Assembly (NCBI GenBank): GCA_951406725.2
Contig: OX597822.1
Location: 91,884,001-91,948,000, forward strand
DNA: 64,000 nt
DNA from: Octopus vulgaris
Taxonomy: Eukaryota
Reading direction: 5' to 3'
Position numbers and translations under genes: made by a program. The notes under the pieces were generated by a model. That model was not told where the DNA came from, ran no database searches, and was given only the letters and a program-made list of their open reading frames with translations. This document shows positions 53,559-64,000 of this stretch, piece by piece; the first letter of the stretch is position 1; each line of letters starts with the position of its first letter.

Positions 53559-55294
53559 AATCCTTTCTGCTATAGGCACAAGGCCTGGAATTTTGTGGGA
53601 GGGGACAAGTTGATTACATTGACCCCAATATATCACTGGTACTTAATTTATTGACCCCAAAAGGATGAAAAGCAAAGTCAACCTTCGTGGAATTTGAAGT
53701 CATATTGTAGAAATGGATGAAGTATCACTTAATATTTTGCCCTGCATGCTAACAATTCTACCAGCTCACTGCTTTAACAGGGAGGAGGAGGAAAAGCTTA
53801 TTGTATAAAATGCTTAGGTGCAGTACAACTTGTCAGAAAAGTGTGAAAGCAGGAACAAAAAAAGCATGAGTATGTATGTTTGTGTGTGCCTGTGTTTGTA
53901 TGAATAAGATTATATTTTCCCTTATCTTCAGATGCAATTGTTGATTGCAAACAAGGATTTTACTGTTGATGCAGATGATGTTATTTGCTTGTGTGAAAGA
54001 TTTTTCAAGTTTTTTTTTTATATGCCTTGACATGTTCTGCTGTCTTTGTAAACAAAAGGTTCATCCATACAGTATTGTTTATTTCCAATTTTTCATGTCA
54101 CTATGTTCAAGCTGTTTGTTGTTTGATATACTGGTATTATGTCACTTCAAAATAGATAAGAATTGGTTCGGATGGTTCTCTTATGTGCCACAGGCACTGG
54201 TATCACAGCTACAATTTCCATTAATGTTGATCGATTTCAATTTTGATTTTCACTTGCCTCAACAGGTCTTCACAAGTAGCTGTGTTAAAAAAACTCACTG
54301 CATAAAGTTCTGTGGTAAGATCATATTGTATAAAAATTTGTCATAAGACCACTGGTAAAATCAGAATAACCTGTTTGATACCAACCTGCTTGAAACTGCC
54401 TCAGGTTTGAGGATTCAAAGTTTTAAAGTGATCTAAGTTAAAACCTTCCATCAAACTTTCTTTAGTAATTTATGTTCCAAACATCAACTTAATATTGACA
54501 AAGTTATTTTACTACATTCTTTATTTTTAAAAGTAGGCGAAAGAAAGACAGTGTATTTCAACAGAAATATAGTAACAAAAGAGTTCATATAACTGTGGTT
54601 AGATTATACCATACAAAAATATGTTGTAAGACCACATTGTACAAATAATAGTGGGTCATCAAGATTGATAGTGAATCCACTTGATCAGCTAAACAACAAC
54701 TGGTTAAGAATTTAAACAAACACAGTAGATGCAGAGCAAAGTTAACTCAGAATATACAAAGATAAAACTGAACATCATAAAGACTCTAAACTACACTATA
54801 CTATTTATAATGACTAATAGGACCCATGGATTTTCCACTACACTTTTCACTGGCTCAGTCCAAGTTATTTACCAATTGAGATTATTTTAATTTCTTTTCA
54901 TTTCATTTCAATTCAGTTACCTATCTATTTCTATATCTATAAATATATCTCTCTTTCATCATATCTATTGATATATTTATAAACTCACCTACATATCCCC
55001 CTATCTATCTATCTGTCTGCTTCATTAACTATCATATATCCTTTCCTCATTTGCTGATGTATGTATCTGTTTACTCATGAAACTGACAAGCATTTAACCT
55101 AATAACAAAAAAATAAATATCAGGACCCCAGCATGGTCACAACCTTTTGTCCAAAACATAAAAGATAGAAATGTAACAACCACAACTATTTTCTAACTAA
55201 GGTTATTTCATTTTAATTTAATTACTTATTGATATATCTTTTAATTCATATGTCTTCATGGCATTGTTTCACCTCGTTAAACATTTCAACTGAG

Positions 55295-57977
55295 CCAGAA
55301 CTTAAAACAGACACTAAAGGTGAATCCATTTTTACTATAGTTAAACAGTTTTTGACAGATAAAGAAATCCCTATGAACAATATCTGTCTATATCCTTTGC
55401 AAGCAATAATTCTTGCACAATTTTCTGGTCTTTAATAAAGCGAACATATTCTAAAAGCAGTGCTTCATTGTCTGGGAGAGTCGACTCATCCAACTGTAAA
55501 CCAAATTGTCAATTTTTTAAGTACTGTAAATAACATTTCTTCAGTGTCCTCAGCCATTTCATCAATTCTTCTTTCCACAGAATTATTACTAAGTGGAATT
55601 GTTCTGATAATTCAACTTGGGGAAGGATGATGTACTATTGTGCAAAGAGCTGGCAAAATGAGTTATTCTCCAATTGTATAAGGTTTCCCTGATCTGACAA
55701 GTGTATCATCACATTTCTGTGATTGGTTTGTCATAAGGGAGTGAATAGATTTTCTGTTGTGAAATTTATCTAATAGAGTTTTAAAGTATGACAAATCTTT
55801 GTCTACTTTATGTAGATGTATCTTGTTTAAATGATTGGAAAGCTTAAATAGCTTCTTGGCTCATTCAAAAAAGCTTTGTCACAAAGAAGACACATTGGCT
55901 GTTGTTTGTTATTAGGAGCAATAATAAATCCAGACTTCAAAAATCCAATGCTATACTGTCTGCGTTTTCACTTTAATGAGTTTCCTGAAATGATTATAGG
56001 TGAACTCAAGCACTGAAAATAAATTAAGGTAGAAAAAAAAAATTACCAATATTTTCAACAATCACCATTAACTCTTCAAAAAACTATTGAGGTGCAGGAG
56101 TGCTTTTTTTCCCTGAAATAATAGTACTTTGTTGAAACAATAAAGAGTTTATGATTGAAAGATTAATTGTTATATGAAACTTTTACAATTATTTCTCCTA
56201 CTAAATCAGCTGCTTCACCATTGTAAGTGTGAACCTGCCTAGTCTATGTAGCATCTAGATAAATATGGTTAGAGGTAGAAGCACATTAATCTATTTAAAA
56301 GAAACTGGAAAATTAGTTGAGTGACAATAGATATTTGAGAGACAAATTAAAGTATATGATAGAGAGATCCACGGACTTAATGCATGGCATGTTCACAACA
56401 AGCAAGGTGCTAAATAACCATTTCTCTATCAAAATTTCCTATTAATAAATTTCATGACTATAATTCCAGTAAGAAAAGATAATGGAAAATTAATAATTAA
56501 AAATAATCTCTAAGCAAAATCACAATATTTAAATAATTCATTGAATGATAGTAATAATAATAATAAAAGAATTTGTTGTGATTAAAAAAATTCTCAAAAC
56601 TTATTCTCAACCGGATATAATACGTGTAGAAATTAATTCGGTACGCCAATAAATAAATAACAGGTGGTCATCTTTTTTTCAAAAATACTTGTTAATTTTT
56701 ATAGTAAACTTATTTACAAAAATAAATTGATCATTTTCCAGAGTTTCATGGTAGTAACTGGGTTGGATTTAGACATTGGGGGAGGGGTACTTCATGTTTG
56801 GTAGGCTCCTCCAAGTTTCCCGGGAAACTCCAAGTTCTCCTCCCCTCCCTTCTCCCTTCATTTTTGCAGAAAAAAAGTGGCTTGCAGCAGGTTTGGAGGT
56901 AAGATACATTGAAAGCACTCGAAAAACCTGTGGAAAAAGATTATTTCACACAAAGGTATGAGCGGGTCCTTTACAAAATATTTACCAATTATTTTCAAGG
57001 AAACGGAAAGCACTACAAATGCTTCAGAAAAAATATAATTTCAGGGGAAAATATGTAAAATTTGTCTCAACACACGAGTTCACATCAAGAATCTTGCAAA
57101 CCTAATACAAACACATAGTATTAAGGAAAAGAAAAAAAAATGTTTACTCCCCTCAGGATTAAAATTTATATTTTGACTTTATTTGGCTCTATGAATTAAT
57201 TTTTTTTAAATGCTTCCCTCTAATGCTTGATACATGACAATAAAAGAAAAATTGGAAAATCCTAACCAAGACAGAGAAATTCTAACTTAACAAAAAATAT
57301 AGAAATAGAAAGAAAAGGTTCTGTTTTCCAGAGCCAAAACAAGAGTTTTTAGCTGAGGTGTAATTTTATAATTAAAACAAATTCAAAATGTAAATTTCCG
57401 AACATACGACGTTATCTGGTGTGCAAATGGGTACAAAACTTAAAACAAATGTGTGTGCGCATGCGTGTGGCCAGGAGTCAATTTAAGTTCAGCTGCAGAA
57501 AAGAATTCAAAATTGCAACACACATACATGCAATCATATACATACAAGCATACCCATACATACACACACATTCACAAACACATACATATCAGCCACTCCC
57601 AAAAGCCAGTTTCATCCAAAATTCTGACCACCCTTCTTTATTTGCTCACAAACACACAATTCAGCTTTTCGCTTTTATTCATTGCTTTTTTTTTTTCTTT
57701 TAGTCATTTGTCAATCTGTTTTTTTTTTTTGTTTTGGGGCTTCCACCTTAGCAACACCAGTTACACATGGTGCCAAGAATTTGCTTGGTTTCACCAAAGT
57801 GGTAAAAGTGATTTTCAAATTTTTTAAAATTTGAAAGGAAAAGAAAGGATAAATGCCCACCGCCCACCTGAGTATAGTCACTATCCCCGCCCCCAAATGA
57901 AATAAAAACTCCCAGTGTCTCCTTTCAATACAACAGTGCCCACAAGGGGGCACTAGCTCCCACATTAGAGAACACTG
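55295..57977 (-). mobile_element. hAT Buster/Charlie-like transposon relic
   Basis: RQYSIGFLKSGF..QPMCLLC; GKPYTIGE; IPLSNNSVERRIDEMA; LQLDESTL; ELKTDTKGESIF; candidate TIR CAGTGTTCTCTAA ending at 57977 next to CTCTAAAC. Confidence 0.7.
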
Positions 57978-58574
57978 CTCTAAACAATATTATTATTGAT
58001 AATAAATAATGGCAATGATTTCTTCCAAAAACACCCTGCATGTAACATAGTCAATTATCTCAATGCTGGCAGAAAGATGACATTAAAGTCAACACCATAA
58101 TTAAATACAAAGCATTTAAACTGTTACTCTACTGATTCTGACACTGTCTTACAATAATAATGATTTCTTATATCAGCACAAGGTCAATAATTTGGAATGG
58201 GGAAACAATAGATTGATTACATAGACATCAGTGTTTCACTGGTACTTATTTCATAACTCCTGAAAGGATGAAAAGCAAGGTCAACTTTGTCAACATTTGA
58301 ACTCTGAATATAAAGGCTGTAGTTAAATATCACTGATTCTAATATGGGCACAGACCATAAAAACTTAGGGAGTAAGCTGATTAGACTGACTCCACAAAAT
58401 CTCTAGTATGTTATTTTATCAAGCCAGAAGGATGAAAGGTAAAATTTAACTTGGTAACATCTGAACTCAATCCCTGCAAGACATTTTCTTTAGCTCTCTC
58501 ATGATTCTGCTCAAAGCCTGATGATAACAATAAGAATAATAATTAGATGGAAACTAATCAACTTTCAATGCATT

Positions 58575-58842
58575 ACATTTGTGCAGGTGGCACGTAAAAT
58601 GCACCAATCCGACCGTGGCCGATGCCAGCCTCACCTGGCACCAGTGCAGGTGGCACGTAAAAAGCACCCACTACACTCACGGAGTGGTTGGCGTTAATAA
58701 GGGCATCCAGCTGTAGAAACATTGCCAGATAGGACCGGAGCCTGGTGCAGCCTTCTGGCTTCCCAGATCCCCGGTCGAACCGTCCAACCCATGCTAGCAT
58801 GGAGAACGGACGTTAAACAATGATGATGATGATGATGATGAT
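58575..58842 (+). mobile_element. RTE LINE 3'UTR with (GAT)n tail
   Basis: Matches the other RTE tails. Confidence 0.85.
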
Positions 58843-59395
58843 TTAAGTTCTAATCTTCACATATTTTTATTTCATTTTTTTGCTTCTTATATTAATTATT
58901 AATGAGAAGTTTCACAAAATAAAAAGAGTTGAATGTCTAGTATAGTTATATTCCAGATATTCCTGCTTTCAGCTTGCAGGTAGAAAGTATAGAGTTTAAG
59001 TTTCAGATAGTAAGATAAAACAAAACACAGCAATGATGCTATGTTCTCAAGTGTAGAACAGCAGAAACTGTTTGCTGAAAAGTGATAGTTTACCTGCTTG
59101 TTAGATGATATAGTAACCAGTCAGTATTTGACACTTTACATGGAGAAGAAATAAATATTTGTATACAGAAGTGCTATTGTTTATATGAAAATAACTCAGT
59201 GTATAGAAAATATACACCTGCAACTTATGAATGTTAAAGAGACTGTTTTTTGTGGATGTTTTTATATTTTTTGTAGTAATTTTTGTTTATGCTTATTATA
59301 TTTTTCTTCTTTTTTATAATTTTTTTTCCCCTAACATTTTAACAAAAATAAATAAAATAAAATAAAATAAAAGATTTTTATGGGGATATACTTAC

Positions 59396-59871
59396 TTGGA
59401 GAAATTTACTCCAGAGTCAAATACAGACAGTACATTATTAAAATCCAAAAGCTCCCTTCACCGAGCAGCTAAAAAGCTAGTGAAAAGATGGCACTCTTTT
59501 GCTCTCTCATGCAAACAATGCTAATAGAAGGTGAAATAGCTATGTTGGATGAAGCAGCTTCAGGTATCTCACTGACTTTTCAGGTTGGCAGCTCCCCAAG
59601 CATAAGCAAGGCCAATCAGAGCGAGAAAGTAACAGTTTTATACATAACTTCAAACTGTGTTACTCGCTAGCAGATATTGGCACCCTCATAGAATAGATCT
59701 CAATAGTTAGGAATGTCATTTAACTGTACAGTCTCTAGTTTCAGATTTGTGTTCTTTTTACGCAAACAGGTTTATCAGATAGGTTTCTTTGATACATGAG
59801 ATTTGTCAACCCTGCTCTGAATTACTGCATTAACAAATATGTCACAAGCATTTACCAACCAGCAAAAGCAT
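59396..59871 (-). other. Candidate non-coding (5'UTR) exon of the host gene
   Basis: Unique sequence between acceptor ttattattcatAG and donor GTAAGT; stops in all three frames near the donor. Confidence 0.3.
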
Positions 59872-60123
59872 CTATGAATAATAAACTTTACGGTATAATT
59901 ACAAAATATATTGTACATGGGTGAATGGAGCTCATATGCATTTATCCTTCAATAGATATCAATAAATCTGATTAAAACTGTTAATTCTACATTCTTCACC
60001 AAGATATGTAGGAAATATAATTCTTACATAACTTTTGAGGATGCTACATGTTATAGGATATTACATGTCTTAATCAAAAAGAGGGTAATAACTCAACTAA
60101 TAATAGAGAGAAATAACTAGGAA

Positions 60124-60573
60124 GTGAAGGTGCATGGGTTCATGATCAGAGAATCATGGGTTCTGTTCCTGGACTAGGTAGCACATTGTGTTCTTGGGCA
60201 AGGCACATTATTTCACAATTGCTTAGACCTCCTTCAGTCATCATTGACCATGGGATTGCACCCAGAAAGCTACCCTCCCAGGAACAAGTTTTTTTATGGA
60301 AGACCAGCACAAGGTTGTTTATGGAAGACCAGCAGTTGCCCATGCATACCAGCCTCCCCTCTCTATGTTACCAGTGTTATCCAAGGGAAAGGCAAAGGCT
60401 GATACAGCTTGACACCTGTGACGTCGCAACTCATTTCTACAGCTGAGTGAACTGGAGCAATGTGAAATAAAGTGTCTTGCTCAAGAACACAACATGTAGC
60501 CTGGTCCGGGATTCGAACTAACAACCTCACGATTGTTAACTTGAGGCTCTACCACTGAGCCATGTGCCTTCAC
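60124..60573. mobile_element. tRNA-derived SINE family D: partial plus copy (60124-60222) abutting a full minus copy (60223-60573)
   Basis: Minus head GTGAAGGCACATGGCTCAGTGG, B box GTTCGAATCCC, TTGAGCAAGACACTTTATTTCAC core. Confidence 0.7.
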
Positions 60574-61299
60574 ATTTCACAATACACATTTCACTGTACT
60601 TAAGCCGAAAATAAGCAGCTCTTGACTGTTGGTATAGCAGTCTCTTTCTAGCAGTCACAGCCTCAGTGTTTCACTGGGTCAAGGATGGTGGAGGTTAAAG
60701 GGTGTCACTACATAGGCACCTAAAATAGTTAGCAAAAGCGAGTACAAGCTACTAGGTCATACTTGCTCATAAGTGTTGCCTAGGCTATATTCTTAGTGAT
60801 TAGAAGCAATTTGGATAATTTCTACTTATAAGGACAATGAAAGGATTTCCTCATTATAAATAAATTAGTTGCAGAATATCAAGAGTTTAAACATGTTGTT
60901 CCATATTGGGAAGGAATTAAGCAAGCTTGTGGTATCATTTAACTCTCAAGAATGCAAGTGTTCTTTTTGTTGTTGTGTCAAAGCTAAGTTTTCCACAATT
61001 ACTCTTAGTTTATCTCTAACACAAGCTACCAACAACAGTAATACACAATGCCTGTCTCTATAAATATGAGGTTAAAATGCTTCAGTACTTCAAAACTTAC
61101 TACAATCATTGTATATTTTGTGAACAAGGCACGTAACTCTGCTTGTTTCAGGCTGCCTGACTTGCAAATTCCACATTTATTTCATGATTAATAAGAAAGT
61201 TAATAGTTCTAAGATTTCATATTTTAAGAAAAATGCGCACAAATCATACTTATACAGGAAAAATCAATGTATAACAATGCAATATAAAAAAAAAACTAT

Positions 61300-61761
61300 A
61301 GGAGTGGCTGTGTAGTAAGTAGCTTGCTTACCAACCACATGGTTCTGGGTTCAGTCCCACGCATGGCACTTTGGGCAAGTGTCTTCAACTACAGCCTTGG
61401 GTCGACTAAAGCCTTGGGAGTGGATTTGGTAGACAGAAACTGAAAGAAGCCCGTCATACATATATATATATATATATATAGGGAGAGTTTACAAAAAAAC
61501 TAAAGACGAAGACAGGTGGTGTACAAAACAACCAGATGTATTAGTATAACGCTCAGGAATAGAAAAAGTCTTTTACGTTTCAAGCCTACGCTCTTCTACA
61601 GAAAGGGACACAGAAAAAAACAAGGAGAGAATATATATATATGTTTGTGTGTCTGTTTTTGTCCCTCACTAACATCACTTGACGACTGATGTTGGTGTGT
61701 TTACGTCCCTGTAACTTAATGATTTGGCAAAAGCGACCAATAGAATAAGTACTGGGCTTAT
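61300..61761 (+). mobile_element. SINE family B with a Penelope-like tail inserted in its microsatellite (61481-61630)
   Basis: Head and body match 42392; insert is flanked by (TA)n. Confidence 0.8.
61570..61605 (-). ncRNA. Minimal type I hammerhead-like motif (A6U variant)
   Basis: CTTT-CTGTAGA-A-GAGC(GTAG)GCTT-GAAA-CG-TA-AAAG. Confidence 0.55.
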
Positions 61762-62559
61762 TGAGAGAAAAGTTGGGCCAGATGTGGTAAGGTCATGTGG
61801 TGAGAATGGATGAGGATAGCTGTGTGAAAAGTGCCACACCCTAGTGGTTGAGGGAACCTGTGGAAGAAGTAGACCCAGGAAGACCTGGGATGATGTGGTG
61901 AAGCACGACCTTCGAACATTAGGCCTCACCAAGGCAATGACTAGTGACCAAGACCTTTGGAAATATGCAGTGCGTGAGAAGACTCAGCAAGCCAAGTGAG
62001 ACCATAACCCGTGGCCTATGCCAGGGGTGTAACTAGCCCACTTATGCATACCTTTCTTTCATTGGACACTAAACTCTGCTTGCAAAGACCTGTTGAGGCA
62101 AGTAAAATCGAAATCGAAATCAAATTCGATGACTGGCATCTGTGCTAGTGGAGTGCTAAGAGCACCATCTGAGCATGATCGTTGACAGAGCAGCTAACTG
62201 GCTTCCATGCCAGGGGCACGTAAAAAGTACCATTCAAGCTTGATCGTTACTGGCACATAAAAAAATATATGGGCGAGGTCATTGCCAGTGCCACTGGACT
62301 GGCTCCTGTGCAAGTAGCACGTAAAAAACACTATTTGAGCGTGGCTGTTGCCAGTACTGCCTGACTGGTTCTCATGCCGATGGCATGTAAAAGCACCCAC
62401 TACACTCTCGGTGTGGTTGGTGTTAGGAAGGGCATCCAGCTGTAGAAACTCTGCCAGATCAGATTGGAGCCTGGTGCAGCCATCTGGTTTGCCAGTCCTC
62501 AGTCAAATAGTCCAACCCATGCCAGCATGGAAAGCAGACGTTAAACAATGATGATGATG
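61762..62559 (+). mobile_element. RTE LINE 3' fragment
   Basis: VEGTCGRSRPRKTWDDVVKHDLRTLGL; (GAT)n tail. Confidence 0.85.
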
Positions 62560-63685
62560 TGTGGTTATGTGTGAGTCCATAATCAAGTATGTGTGTGAAA
62601 GAGAAAGAGATAGTGCATATATGCATGATGGTTTGACAAAATGGTTAAGAAATTCACATATATAATCATAGCATGTTGGGTGTGTTGACTCATAGCCTAG
62701 ACTTAACCCTTAACCTCAAGAATGAAATTGAGTAGAAGGGAAATCGTATGGGAATTCTTCAGATGGACTATACTTATTATCCAAAGATCCAGTATTGTTT
62801 CTCACAGTACCATACTGATTCTGACTAAGTATTATGTTAAAGGTACAATTCTCTATGAACTACTCAGCTACTAAACAAACTGGAATACTCATCATAGAAA
62901 CTCCTGAGAGATCCTTTAACTCTTAGGTGTATGTGTGTGAAGAAGGGCTCGAATCTGATTATGTATGTGTGTAAGAAGGTTTAGGTGCACATATTGTATC
63001 TCCATCATAGTGTGGATTATATCAGAGTACATAATGTGGGCTATATCCGAGTATGTATAAGTGAGTTAGGTCTGAATATGTTAGTGGGATGTGCCTGAGT
63101 ATTTACATGGGTTATGTCTGAGTATATATGTTTGTGGATTCTATCTTGTTATATGTGAAGGCATTTGTGAAGTGTTTGGAAGCACAAGTTTCAAAAGGTA
63201 TATGAGAGATGCTTGAACATATATAAGTTTATGTTTCTGCATTTCTGTAGACAATTAACTCTGTGCATAAGCATACATAACAGTATGTACATCTTGCTCT
63301 CTCTGCTTTTAATGTACATTTTTCCATAATTCAGTGGATAAGACAAAATTCGATGAGGTAGATATTTATATGACTGGATGATCTTCCTGTCACCTGTTCC
63401 CATGTAAGGTAATCATTCTCTAATTCCTTCAAACATAAACAGAATAATGCTTGGATTTCTTTTCATGAATAATGACAAAAGAATGAGATTGCAGGTATGA
63501 CAGTGCAGTTTCTACATAACTAGTATGCCCTATTGAGATAACAAGACATAAATAACACCACCTTCCCAATACACACACAAAGATACATATACATATATAC
63601 AAGCTACTTTCAGATTCTGTTTACCAAATCTACTCATAGGGCTTAAGTCAGCCAGAATAAGACCAGCAATAACAATAGTAATAAC

Positions 63686-63897
63686 CCTTTCTACTAGAGG
63701 CACAAGGCCTGAAATTTAGGGGAGGGGATAATCGATTAAATCGACCCCAGTACTCAACTGGTACTTATTTTATCAATCCCTAAAGTATGATAGGCAAAGT
63801 CGACCTCAGCAGAATTTGAACCCAGAATATAAAGACTGACGAAATGTCACTAAGCATTTTGTCTGGCATGCTAATGATTCTGCCAGCTTGCTGCCTT
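63686..63897 (-). mobile_element. SINE family A, decayed
   Basis: Core GTCGACTTTGCCTATCAT on the minus strand. Confidence 0.8.
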
Positions 63898-63899
63898 AA

Positions 63900-63980
63900 T
63901 AGCAGCAGCAGCAGTGGCAGTAGTAGTAGTAGTAGTAGTAGTAGTAGCAGTAGTAGTAGCAGTAATAGTAGTAGTAGTAA
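63900..63980. repeat. (AGC)n/(AGT)n microsatellite
   Basis: Direct read. Confidence 0.95.
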
Positions 63981-64000
63981 TGGTTTCAAATTTTGGCACA

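Noticed and set aside
59488-59670. Plus-strand 60-aa ORF as a coding exon
   Set aside because: No recognisable motif; splice signals in this island point to the minus strand

Overview
AT-rich, repeat-saturated eukaryotic genomic DNA. The SINE, RTE and Penelope repertoire looks like Octopus (recognised from memory, not searched). Most of the window appears to be intron of a minus-strand host gene: one well-supported Ser/Thr-rich coding exon (1806-2269) and a few weaker upstream exon candidates. The rest is mostly decayed transposons: tRNA-derived SINEs, RTE, CR1 and R4/Dong LINE fragments, Penelope-like pieces, two Gypsy relics, Helitrons, hAT (ZBED1-like and Buster-like), piggyBac and Merlin/IS1595-like transposases, plus microsatellites. 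Most listed ORFs are microsatellite or repeat artefacts. Highlights: (1) a tRNA-headed SINE whose tail carries a minimal hammerhead ribozyme and inserts with Penelope-type inverted tails and 12-bp TSDs; (2) further non-canonical hammerhead variants (G3-C8, C4, U6) in Penelope-like tails; (3) a 5.5-kb TTAA-bounded element with ~350-390-bp inverted ends enclosing two divergent head-to-head Merlin-like transposases; (4) several long inverted repeats and templated rearrangements. All alignments were done by eye.
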